A stretch of 64,000 bases of DNA from an uncultured Planctomycetaceae bacterium (GTDB lineage: Bacteria > Planctomycetota > Planctomycetia > Planctomycetales > Planctomycetaceae). Below, piece by piece: positions 1 through 11,515 of the stretch. The notes below the pieces were generated by a model that was given only the letters and a program-made list of their open reading frames with translations, made no database searches and had not been told where the DNA came from. Made by a program: the position numbers and the translations under genes. Within the stretch, counting starts at the first letter, position 1; each line of letters starts with the position of its first letter. The stretch is from positions 352,001 to 416,000 of the forward strand of contig CAWFAK010000016.1 in assembly GCA_963813715.1 (NCBI GenBank), given 5' to 3'.

Positions 1-827
1 CGTGAAAGGACTATCGAGCTCGGCAGGCCGGCCGGGCCGCTTGGTGTAAATGCGAATCACGCGAAGCGCGTCGTAAACGGCGCGTCGCAGGGCGTCCCGC
101 GTTTCCGCGCGGTCGAACTCGACTTTGTCCACCGGGAAGTCGTGAGGCATGGCTTCTTGAAAATAGGCGAGCCGATCGTCGCAGCCCAGATTGTCGGCCC
201 GCGTGACGACGAGCCGCGTTTGAATCCGCACGGTGGAAAAATCCTCGTCCGCAAAGCCCGACTGGGCGGCCAGCTCGGTCTTGCGACTGGCGAACTGTTT
301 CAACACGTCGATCGTCTGGTCCGGCGCATCGTCCGACGAACCGTCGAACGCGAGCAGGGCCAGATCAGCCGAACGCACGATGCTAGTGAGATACGGTTCG
401 AAATGCGAATCGGTGATGGGAGGCGTATCGATCAGCTGCACGGCCACGTCTTCCCAGGCCATCATGCCGGGGAGCGGCTCACGCGTGGTGAACGGGTACG
501 GAGCGACTTCGGGCGTCGCGTGGGTCAGCTCGGCCAGAATGCGGCTCTTGCCGGCGTTCGGCCCGCCCAACAGCACCACCTGCCCGGCCCCCTGCCGCGG
601 ATAGCGATAGCTCTTGCCGACCTTCTTGGGAGACTTCGCCTCAGTCTCGGCCGCGCCGCGGGCCTCTTTGAGCCGCGTTTTGAGATCGGCCTGGAGCTTC
701 TCGGTCCCCTTGTGCTTGGGGATGAGCTTGAGCATTTCTTCGAGACAACGCACCTGTTCGTCCGGCGTCTGGCGCGGCGATATTCTTCCTCGGCCTTCTG
801 ATACTGCGGCGTCAGGTTGGCAGGCAT
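1..827 (-). CDS. DRG/OBG-like GTPase, probably with a TGS domain (3' end outside window; frameshift near 775)
   Basis: N-terminus MPANLTPQYQKAEEEYRRA, then LIPKHKGTEK; G1 GGPNAGKS, G2 YPFTT, G3 DTPP; IRIYTKRPG marks the start of the TGS region. Confidence 0.85.
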
Positions 828-840
828 GGAAGTGAGTTCT

Positions 841-924
841 GGGTGGCACTGGCGGCTTGTCCGCCAGTGTCTTCTTCGCCCCCGTGAAAAGAGAACACTG
901 GCGGACAAGCCGCCAGTGCCACCC
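841..924. repeat. REP pair (REPIN-like): perfect 30-bp inverted repeat, each arm itself palindromic
   Basis: GGGTGGCACTGGCGGCTTGTCCGCCAGTGT at 841-870 and its exact reverse complement at 895-924, intergenic. Confidence 0.9.
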
Positions 925-957
925 ACCACTTGGATTGGTTGCTCGATTACGTCCAGT

Positions 958-3900
958 CTATCGTCCCGCGGCCTGCGCAACAGGCGCGTTGAACTTGCTC
1001 GTCTCCAGGAAGGCGAACAGGTCGGCGACTTCGGCTAGCGTTAACTGATCGAGCAGACCGGCCGGCATCACCGAGATCTTCGAGGGGTTTTGCTCCTCGA
1101 TCCGGTTCTTGGGGATTTCGAGCTTGGTGGCGTCCGACATGAGGAGCACCAGCTTGTCGCTCTTCGCGGCGCCGGTGACGGGCATGCCGATGTAGACCTG
1201 CCCCTCGTGCGTGACGACCTGCACCATGCGGTACTGGTCGGAGATCACCTGCGACGGATAGACGATCGACTCGACGATCTCTTTGCGCTGGAAGCGCCGC
1301 CGGACCGAGCTGAGATCGGGTCCGAGAGATTCGCCCTCGTTCTGGAAGCGGTGACAACGGACGCAGCGGGCCTTGGTGAAGACGGCACGTCCTCGCGTCG
1401 CCGCACCGCGCGAGTCGTGATCGACCAGGTTGAGGATCTGATCGAACGAGTACTTCGGCTTGGCGGCTTCGTTCTTGGGCAGCTCCGGAGCCGGCGCGGT
1501 GGGGAATTTGTCGCGATACCACTTCTGGTAGAATGCGATCGACTTATCGAGATCGCGGCCGGCCTTCGAGTCGGCCTTGGTCCAATCGTGGAGCACGCTG
1601 ATCGCCCCGCGGCCGCCGTTGGCTCCCAGTTTGAGCGCCGTCTGAATCAGCGTGCGATACGCGTCGGCATTCTCCGGACGCTGATCGATTTCGCCCAGCG
1701 CTTCCAGGCAGAGCTGCATCGTCGTCGAATCGGCGAACTGCAGCGTCCGCACCAACAGGGGCAGATCGTCGGGCATCGGCTTGCCGGCCACCGCGCGGGC
1801 GATCATCTCGCGACGATCGGGGTAGTCGTCGTACAAGCGGCGGAGCATGGCCCGGCCGCCGGGCGACTGGCTCTTGCCGAGCGACTGGATGGCGGCCGCG
1901 ACCAGCTCTTCGCCGCCGCGGCCGTTCTTCGTCGACGTGTCCGACAAGCAGATCGCCCAGGATCTTCTGATAGTCGGCGATTTCCTCGGGTTTGCAGATC
2001 CGCACGAGCAGTGCGGCCGCGGCCGGAAATTGCGAGCCATGCTCGACGAAATATTTGCGGTCGGCCGGTGTGAAACGTTCGGTCGTGGCCCCGACGATGT
2101 TGGAGACGTAACCCGTCAGGCTGTTGCCGCCTTCCCAATCGCGCGTCCCTTCGTACCAGGCGAGCAGCCGCCGCTTGAGGTCGAACGTCCAACCCGAGTT
2201 GAGATAGCGCAACGTGAGCGCGTAGTGCAGCTGCACGCCGTGATTGGGCGACGTTTCCACCAGCCGCATGATCGGCTGGGCGGCCGGCGCCAGGTTGAGC
2301 ACCGCCAGGATCCGCGCCGTCTCGGCGTCGAATTCGGTCGAGCCGGTCGGGAATGCCGGCCAGCAGCGTGTGACCGATCTGGTCGGAGCCCGGATTGCGT
2401 GCCCCTTGCAAAAGGGCCAATTGCGTCAGCCGGATCGCGGCCATTTTGATGTTCCGGCGTGACCTTGCCGTTCGGCTGCGTGAGGATCTTGGCCGCTTCG
2501 GTCAGGATCATCGGACCAGAGCCGCGTCGATCGCGGCGATAGCTCGCCAAGAGTGCCTCGGTGACGACATGTAGATTCGACGAGGCGAGCGCCGTTCGCT
2601 GCCAGCGATCGACGGGCACGCGCTCGAGCGCAATTCGCGCGGAAAACCGCAGCCAGCGATCGTCGCTGGCCAAGAGCTTCAGCAAGCTCGGCACAGCGCG
2701 GCTCGGTGCCGCTGTGGATGAAGGCTTCGCAGGCGCGGCGGGCCACCGTGGGATCCGTGTCCTCGACCAGCCGCACCAGCGCGGCACGCACCTCGAGGCC
2801 CTGGTGGAAGCCGAGCAGATGCGTGGCGAAGGCGCGAACGCCCGCGTCGCGGGAATTCGACGCTTCCAGCAAGAGACGCAAATCGGGCTTGGGGCCCAGC
2901 TGGTTGAGCAACGTGAGCGCCCGCAGGGCAGCCGCCGGGTTTTTTCCCCGCACGGCCGCGGCCAGGCTCGATTCCCATTGTGGGCCGGCAGCAGTTTTCA
3001 CGCGGGCCGCAATTTCGCGAGCCCACGCCGCCTCGATCTGCGGCAGCTTGAGCAACTCGGCCACGCTGTTGGCCTCGGCCGGCTTCGCGCTGCCGCCCGG
3101 ATAGCGGAGGCGATAGACGCCGCCTTCCGACGCGCGGCCGCCCGTCGTGAAGACGATCGAGCCGTCGCGATCGACCTCGATGTCAGTGATGTTCAGCGGA
3201 TTGCCAGTGACCAGCGTCTCCCACGTCCCCGTGTACGTTGCTCCCGCCTTTTGCAGATGGGCCACGAGAATCCGCCCCATCGACCAGTCGCCCATAATCA
3301 GGCTGCCGGCGTATTTCTTCGGAAACTGGTTGTGCTCGTAGAAAACAATGCCCGTCGGCGAACCGCGACCGACGTCGACCGTGCCCGGCAGCGAGTCGAA
3401 ATAATAAGCGGGCCACTTGGCGTCGCCGCTTCGCCAGCCGAACTCGGCCCCGGCAATGCAGTGGTTTACGCGGATGGGACGATACCAGTACGCGCCGACG
3501 TCCCATTCCATGTCGGCGTCGAACGTGAACATGTCGCCGGCCGAGTTGAACGCGAAGTCGTACTCATTGCGGAAACCGCTGGTCTCCATCGACCAGTGCT
3601 TGCCGTCCGGCGTGAACCGCCAGATCGTGCCGCCGGGGGCCTTGATCCCGACGGCGTGGCCGCCCGCGTCCTCGAATTTCGGTACGAGCAGGTAGTCTTC
3701 GTCGTAATCGCGGCAGGGTGACGTGGCTTCCGGCTGCTCAAGGATGTGTGCGTGGTTGCCCATGTTGTGATAGAGCCAGCCGTCGGGCCCAAAGATCACG
3801 TCGTGCGGCCCGTGATCGCCCATGCCCCCTTGACTGCGGACGACTAAACGGACGTCGTCGGCCTTGTCGTCGTGATTTCTGTCGGGCAGGCAATAGACGC

Positions 3901-4717
3901 CGACGCCCTTCGGCCCCTGACCGACCGCGTACAAGTCGTCGCCGACTGTGCACAGTCCCTGGCAGTTCTTGACGTCGGTGGTGTACTCGACGACGCGGTC
4001 GTAGATGCCGTCGTGGTTGTCGTCGATCAGGCAGAGGATCGGCCCGCGCTCGCGCGAGACGATCATCCGCCCGCGATTGCCCCAGGTCATCGCCACCACC
4101 GATCCGACCATTTGCGGCTCGGCGATCCGCGTCAGCTCAAAGCCTTTCGGCACGTCATAGCGATCGAGATACGTTTCCTTGAGGACGATCTCCTTCCAAG
4201 GCGATTTTTCGTGCGGGCCGATGACTTTGACCGGCTTCCAATCGTGCGTGTCGAATTTCGGCTGCAGCCAAGCGGTTCCTTGCGGCGCGGTCGTCGTCGC
4301 TACCCAGGCGGCCCCCGAATCGAACGGCAGCTTGTGGCCCCCTTGGCTCCGCACCTCGCCGTCGACAAACAGTCCCGCCTTGCTCCCGCGGTTCTCCGCC
4401 TCGACGCAGATCACATTCGGGCCGCGGTCGACGATGTCATTCAGGTTGAAGCGGTAGAGTCGATTGGCGTCGCCTTCGCCGATCTTGATGCCGTTGACCC
4501 AGAGCACGAAATGGCTGCCGCACATCACGCGGGCAGCCCCGGTCGACGGGTCGTCGGCGCGGACTTCGCGGCGAAACCAAACCTTGCCGGCGGGAGCGCG
4601 TTGTTCCGGATGCCCCGTGTCGTACCAGATCCACTGGGCGTCGAAGTGGTCGTCCGCAAAGAGCGACCCACCGGCGAGAACCGCCAGGATAGTGCCGCAG
4701 ACACGCAAAGCGCTCAT
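958..4717 (-). CDS. PVC-type membrane-bound dehydrogenase-like protein: signal peptide, sugar-binding-like N-domain, GSDH-type beta-propeller, HEAT repeats, C-terminal cytochrome c (about 3 frameshifts)
   Basis: GDHGPH, GFRNEYD, GRGSPTG and DWSMGRI propeller motifs; HEAT-like helices; CVRCH..GPDLS..ESIVYPS..SVMPAGL tail; spread over ORFs 2426-4717, 2116-2787, 1544-2302, 958-2040. Confidence 0.85.
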
Positions 4718-5035
4718 CGATAACTCCGGGTAGCGGTGGCTGATTTCGTGTTTGATTTCGGAGGGGCCAGGGACTCAGGCGACGCGGGCGAAAATGCCCA
4801 CGATCGCGGCGTGATTTCGGCGGACGTCGCTGTCCCTGGGTCCTTGCTAGGCGGGGGAAAATCAGGAAGGAAGTTAGGCATGCAGTTGGGCTCGGTAATC
4901 GAGCCTCGATCCATCTTAATTTGTCGTCCGACGCCCTGCAAAGAAGTGCGACACAGCCGAAAACACGCTCTCCCGCGGGACTGGACGGGTTCTCCAGCAG
5001 CGACTATTGTCGAAAACACACCTGGAAAGGCCCCG

Positions 5036-5803
5036 ATGGAACCCGCCAAGCGATTGATCGACAAAGTCCGCCGACGTGAAGTGACGCTCGGCCTGTTGGT
5101 GACGCAGCATCTCTGGCTCGATTTGATCGAGATCGCCAAGCGCGCGGCGATCGATTACCTGATCCTGGACATCGAGCACGGCGTGGCCGACATCGAAACC
5201 GTCGCCGAGATGTGCGCCGTCGGGCGGATGATCAATTTCCCCGTCCTGATCCGGCCGCAGAACAACGAATACGCCACGCTGCGGTTGTCGATGGACCTGG
5301 GTTGCTGCGGCTTCTTGTTGGCGAGCGTCGAGTCGGCCGCCGCACTCGACTCCGTCCGCGACGCGATTCGCGTTCCCCCGCGAGGCCGCCGCCGACCGGG
5401 CGGACCGAGCAACCGCTGGCTCACCGAGCACACTCAGGCCGCCTGGAAGGCCGGGGTCGAAGACTCGTTCATCGTGCTGCCGCAGATCGAGACCAAGGTC
5501 GGGCTGTCCAACGTCGACGAAATCGCCGGCCACGAAGTGACGACCTGCATCGCCGTCGGCCCGTACGACTTGTCGGCCGAGCTGGGCGTTTGCAGCGAGC
5601 AGAATCATCCGAAAGTCCGCGAAGCCCTCGCCCAGATCAAAAAAGCGGGCGCCGCGAAGGGCAAGGAAATGTGGATGATCGGCGACGCCACGCAGCTCGT
5701 CCGCGACGGCTATCATTTCATCTGCATGGGCGAACCGAGCTGGCTGCTGGAAGGAGCCCTGAGGCAGAAGGCGTCCGAAGCGCGGAGTGAACCACTCGCA
5801 TGA
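5036..5803 (+). CDS. HpcH/HpaI aldolase/citrate lyase family protein
   Basis: LDIEHG, PPRGRR, PQIET and VGPYDLS motifs. Confidence 0.85.
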   Translation: MEPAKRLIDKVRRREVTLGLLVTQHLWLDLIEIAKRAAIDYLILDIEHGVADIETVAEMCAVGRMINFPVLIRPQNNEYATLRLSMDLGCCGFLLASVESAAALDSVRDAIRVPPRGRRRPGGPSNRWLTEHTQAAWKAGVEDSFIVLPQIETKVGLSNVDEIAGHEVTTCIAVGPYDLSAELGVCSEQNHPKVREALAQIKKAGAAKGKEMWMIGDATQLVRDGYHFICMGEPSWLLEGALRQKASEARSEPLA

Positions 5804-5836
5804 ATCTCATCGGCTTGCGGCGGGTCGGTGCACCTT

Positions 5837-8800
5837 CTAGGACTGCGAAGGAATACTTCGAATCAAAGAAGAGATCCAACCGTAAACAACTTCACCGCCG
5901 GGGAGGCGTGAAGCAAGTGCGAGTACCAGCGGAAGGATGAGCACAAGAAACGTCGTTACCGAGTCGGTACTCAGCGCGAACCAGTGGGGTGCCGTCCCAT
6001 TCACGCGGCTCAAGAATTCGTCGCGGTTCAGCCCGGAGTAGATCGTCCCGAGCACGATCAGACAGAGCAAGGCCGAAAGCGCCGTGAAATCCATGAGCAT
6101 TCCCTGCGGCATGAACGAATACGAGGCCGTGGCGAAGAGCAGAGCGATCGGGGCGCCCATCAGGAAGATGGCGAGCGCCTTGAGCTGCAACCGATATTGG
6201 CTGTAGTTGACCACGAAGCTCATGGCCAGCAAGTCTTCCTCCTGCTGCGCAGCCGTCTTTGGATCGCATCATCCCGGGATTGAGCGACTTCGGCACCTGT
6301 CACTTGCTCGACCTGCGCGGTCGCCGATTGGGGAGCCACTTCATTGAGAGTCGTCTCGCGCTCGCGGTCGGTCGTGGGGGATGGATAGACGTAAGATTCC
6401 TTCGCCAGTCGCTCTCCCCACAATGCGAATACTCCCGGACGGGCCGCCCGGTTGTACTGGCGGATCCAACTTCCCGGTCCACGGCGCTCATGGGGATCGC
6501 GCCCTTTGTCGCTGATCATCTCCGAGAGCTTGAATGGCTGATTCATCCCAAGTCGCATTCTCTCTCGCAGCAGCCAGTTCAGCTGCTGATCCAATGCAGG
6601 AGAGTTCGAATTGCGAAACCGTTCGACGAACAACATGTCGCCGTAACTGCGAACGAAATACTCGGGTAAATTGGCAAACGCTCGCTGCATGGGAAGCCGA
6701 GCGGCGCCGCGGTGGACATTCTCCAACTGCCTCCAGATCTCCCAGATGCGCCCGACTTCCAATGCGATCAAAAACCAGCAAATGACGATTCCGATGCCGA
6801 TTATTCGCACCACTTGGCCGTCGGGTCCCTCGGCCCAATGGGGCTGGATGGCGAAAAACCCGAAAATGGCACACGCAAGTCCGACCATCATGTACCAGTT
6901 CGCGCGCATTCTGCGGGATCGAGCCAAGGCGCGAGCCCAGATTTTGGGCGGCGCAGAGTTGTCCACGCATCGTGAGCCGCCGCTCCGAGCTTTTGGAGCC
7001 GACCTTCCGGTCGCAATTCGCGTGACAGAGGCCAGCAGATCCACTGCGAGAGTGTTTCAAGCAATCGCTCATCTTCGCGCTTGAGACTCTGCCACAAGTG
7101 GTCCATCCACTCGTATTGGTCCGGAACCTTTGACTGTGGGTTGAAAATGCGGGCCGCGGCGTAGTGCACGCCGATGGGATCCCACTGGTTCTCCACGTCC
7201 ACGACTCGCCGGACACGGACGCCTTGCAGCCAGCACCAGCAGAGAATGACGGCAAGGACCAACAACAATGGGACGAGGGGCGAATTCCAGCCGACGACGT
7301 GAACGACTTTGGCATGGAGCCACGGATTGTCGGCGGCGGGCGCGAGGAACCAGAACCAGAAGGCAACTCCCAACGAGCAAGCAATAAAACAGACGATGTG
7401 CAGGAGTTTACACGAACACACCCAAAGCCAGGCCGAGCGCAATCGACGGAACCGTCCGTCCGTGACTGGGGCATTCTTTGCTGTCGACCCATAGAACCAG
7501 CAAAAGGAGTCCAACGAGACTAACAAGACCCACAGAATGACGCCCACACCGGCCGCAATACAGGTAATCCACGGTTCCGAGTCCCGCATAAGGACGACGC
7601 CGGCGATGTAACCGACCGCAGCACTGACCGTGAAAACCGCGAGCACATGAGCGACGATCAGAATGCGATTCAGTCGCGCGCGACGAGCTTGATCGCGGTC
7701 GCTGGGGTCGGTTGAAGTCGACTTCGGCTGCTCCTTCGACATGCGAAGATACTCCTTCCCGAGACCCCACGCCAAAAAGCAAACGACGCTCTCGACAACC
7801 ACAGTTCCCCACAGCCAAATCGGCCACCAAATTGTGGGTTCCGGAAAGAGCAGATAATGCGGCCCGCCTAGGGCCTCTGTGGGTTGTGCGGGCGTTTGAG
7901 GATTGAGAACGGCCGTTGCGGGAGGAGACCAAATGTGCTCGAGCGCGTGCGGATCGGGAAAAGTCGGCATCTCTAAGCTGATGACGTCAGCGCGTTCTGG
8001 TCCAATCTGCGAGATCCAAACTCCCGGTCCGGTCGCGGCCCCCTCACTTTGATCTTGCTGCCAATCATCGGCGATCCGTCGGTCGTAAAAGAGAAGGATC
8101 CCCGGTTTGTTGAGATGCGCGGCGACCGCGTTGTAATAAGAGAACATCAGATTTTCGCCGTGCGACGTCAATTCGAATGACCGGCTGAAATCGCCGTGAG
8201 CAAATCCCGGATCGCGCTCGGTGGCAATCGGAGAGAGCGGGTAGCTGCTGACGACGAAGGCGCCCGCCAGGTAGCGCACATAATCGGTGTGAGTGAACAG
8301 CTGGTCGCCCACCGTGATCAGCAGCCGCGTATCGGGACAGTGCCGGGCAACGACGCTCGCGAGAAAAATCTTGTCCCGCGGATCCATGGCGCTCACGAGG
8401 ATGTAATGAGCTTGCTGCTTCGCCAGCGTCTGCAATGCCGCTGAGAGTGCCACGTCCTGATAAAGGGCGGTCATCACCTGATCCTGTTGCGGGATCGATT
8501 CGGCACCCTCGACTTCGTCCGCCGGGATTTTCAGGCCACGATCGAACGCGCTGAACTGCGGGACATTGGCCTCATCGCGTCTCATCGCCTCTTCTTGCCT
8601 GGCATGGACCCTGGAAATGTGCATCGGAAACGGCACGTCGATGATTTCGAGATTCGGATGTTGGTGTCCCATAAATGGCGACGCGTCGACTGCGTTCGTC
8701 TCCGCGCCGTAACCGGTATTGCACTCGCGCAGGTGAGCGACTCGAATTTTGCCCGACGTGGTGTGTTTCTCAACGTAGGACAACAGGTGGTGAACCAAAA

Positions 8801-10032
8801 CGTGATTGGGAATGCACGTCGTCTTTAGGGACACACGGTCGGGAGCCGGATCCAAGAACGGTTCCCCGTTGGACAAGCGGCACCCGGGCTGGAACTGCTC
8901 CGGCTGCAGCGCTGTCGCCGTGCCGATCACTTCAATCGTCCACATGTTCTTGCGTGCCGGTAGCTGCTTGCACAGCGCGAAGCACGCGTGCAATCCGATT
9001 CGCAGCCAGTGCGTCGCAGGATCGACGACGGACTTCCAGTTCAAGCCTCGCGCAAGTGGCGTCCCGAACCAGGACTCAATCCCCTCGCCGATCCGCTTTA
9101 ATTGCCAGGGACTTACGGCTCCGAGCAGTTTTCGGCGCTGCGTCCACCACGTTTGCAATCCGGTCTGCAGTGAGTGCTGCGATCCGGAAAATGCGGGGCC
9201 GACGATCTGTACGCACGAAGCATGCGGCGTGGAACCGGGTGGCCGATGCGTCTCAAACCAGGAGACGATGTCAAGCGCCGTCCCGAAGGCGCGCTTGTGG
9301 ATACCTCCCGTCGGCGCGTCCCCGACGAGGAACACCACCAGAGTCCGTGGGGACTGCTCCGTTGCTCCAGGGCCCGCGGCTTGGGGATCATGCCGTGGTA
9401 GTGAGCGAAAGAGCGCCACGCCGGGGAATTTCTTCGCGGCGGCCGGGTCGTACGGACGATCCTCACCGGGACTCTTCCAGGGCAGATAGTATTGGTCGAG
9501 CACATAGGTGGCTTCCGGGTTGCCCGGGTCTCTCGCGCTGGCCTTGCGCCTGGATGGCCTCAATCGCGAGGTCAAAACGATAGCCACTTCGCGACCGCTC
9601 AGGATCAGCCAAAAAGACAATCAAGAAGTGCGGACGGTAAGCTGCGAATGAAGGCCCCCAACGTGTCACCCAACGGCAAGCCTCGCTGGCTTCGGCCCAG
9701 GCCTTCTCGGCACGCGCACCCTCCAAATTGGCAGCCGTCTTCTTCGCACAAAGCTCTTCGGGCGTCTTTTGGATGAATTCCGCGATCGGAGCGAGATACG
9801 GCGGCGGCGCATCCTTCGCGAGACTGACGTTGAGCGTCAACGACAACCCGGGATTTGCCGACCCGACGGGACCGCTAGGGCTGCCGGCTGTTCGTGCTTC
9901 GGGAGCGTATGACGATAGTCTTGTGTTAGGCTGAGGTTGGGCTGCACGATGCACCAAAAAGCCTAAGATCAGGGCTGCTGAGGTGCCCCAACCGAGACCC
10001 GACACTACGGACGTAGCTCGTTGACTTGCCAT
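5837..10032 (-). CDS. Very large (about 1400 aa) hypothetical membrane protein with a soluble N-terminal half and a multi-TM C-terminal half (frameshifted)
   Basis: Consecutive ORFs 9463-10140, 6888-9620, 6220-7044 and 5837-6232 read as one gene; motifs LADP..FD..I.AIQ, LPW, PG..LFR, VFLVGD.PT.GI, GPAFSGS; hydrophobic C-terminus; GC lower than the flanks. Confidence 0.6.
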
Positions 10033-10318
10033 GGCAGGGATTGTGGAGTGGGGGCGCGGCGAGCCGAGCCATGCGGTGCGACGACCGACTGGGTCTGAGA
10101 TGGAGGGGACCGCGATCGGAAGTCGGCGAGTAGAACCCAATCATTGCACGACCGGGTCGCCAACGCAAAAGAAATCGAGGATTATTCTATTCGTGGACTG
10201 TGCCGTGGCGTCTCGCAAGCACTTCGTCAAGCCGCGGATTCTGGCCCGGCCGTCTCGGCTGCCTCACAATCGCGACAAAAGAGCTGACCAACCGCGCGCG
10301 TTGGGAAGGAGAACGAAC

Positions 10319-11492
10319 ATGAACATACTCGAAGAAGCCAAGGGCATCGCGGAGTGGATCGTCGGCTTGCGGCGGGCCATTCATCGGCATCCGGAGCTGA
10401 TGTACGAAGAAGTGCAGACGAGCCGGCTCGTCCGCGACACGCTCGACCAGCTGCACATTCCCTACAAGTATCCGGTCGCCAAGACGGGCGTGGTGGCGAC
10501 GATCGGCAAGGGCGGTGGGCCGTGCCTCGCGCTGCGCGCCGACATGGATGCGCTGCCCATCCACGAAGAGACCGACGTCCCGTTTCGCAGCGAAGTCGAT
10601 CACAAGATGCACGCCTGCGGCCACGACTGCCACACGGCCATGCTGTTGGGCGCAGCGCGGCTGCTCAAGAGTCACGAGTCGGAGCTGCGCGGCACGGTGA
10701 AGCTGCTCTTCCAACCGGCCGAGGAAGGGGGAGCCGGCGCCGACCTGATGTGCCGGGAAGGGGCCCTCGACGAACCCAAGGTCGAACGGATCTTCGGCAT
10801 GCACGTCTACCCGGCGCTGACGACGGGGACGCTCGCCGGTAACCCGGGCATCATTCTGGCCGCGACGGGCGCGTTTCGAAGCCACCATTCAAGGGCGGGG
10901 CGGCCATGGCGCGATGCCGCACACCACGATCGATCCCGTCACTTGCGTGGCCAAAATCATCGTCGAGCTGCAAACGATCGTCTCGCGCGAAATGAACCCG
11001 TTTTCGCCCACGGTCGTCACCGTTGGCTCGATTCACGGCGGCGTGGCATCAAACGTCATCCCCGAGACGGTGAAGATCAGCGGCACCTACCGCAGCCTCT
11101 CGAACACGGGGCTTAATGTCGTCAAGCAGCGGATCGCGGACATCATCCACGGCGTGGCGGCCGTCAACCGCTGTACGGCGACGATCACCCACCCCTACGA
11201 CGACTATCCGCCAACCGTCAACGACGAAGAATCGTGGGTTCTGATGCGGAGGGCGGCCGAGGCGCTTGTCGGCGCGGACAACATCCGGCCAATGGACCCG
11301 CTCTTGGGGGGCGAAGATTTCGCCTTCTTTCAGCAACGGATTCCCGGCTGCTTCTCGTTCCTGGGCGTGAGCGCGGCCGATTGGGAAACGCGGCACAACG
11401 TGCACCATCCGAAATTCAAAGCCGACGAATCGGCCCTGCCGCTGGGCGCCGCCTGGCACACGCAAATCATCCTCGATTCGCTTGCCAGGTAA
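10319..11492 (+). CDS. M20D amidohydrolase (hippurate hydrolase/IAA-amino acid hydrolase family); frameshift near 10885
   Basis: [34 protein letters not shown] and HHPKF motifs. Confidence 0.9.
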
Positions 11493-11515
11493 TTCGACTG
11501 GGTGACGCGCTCAAC

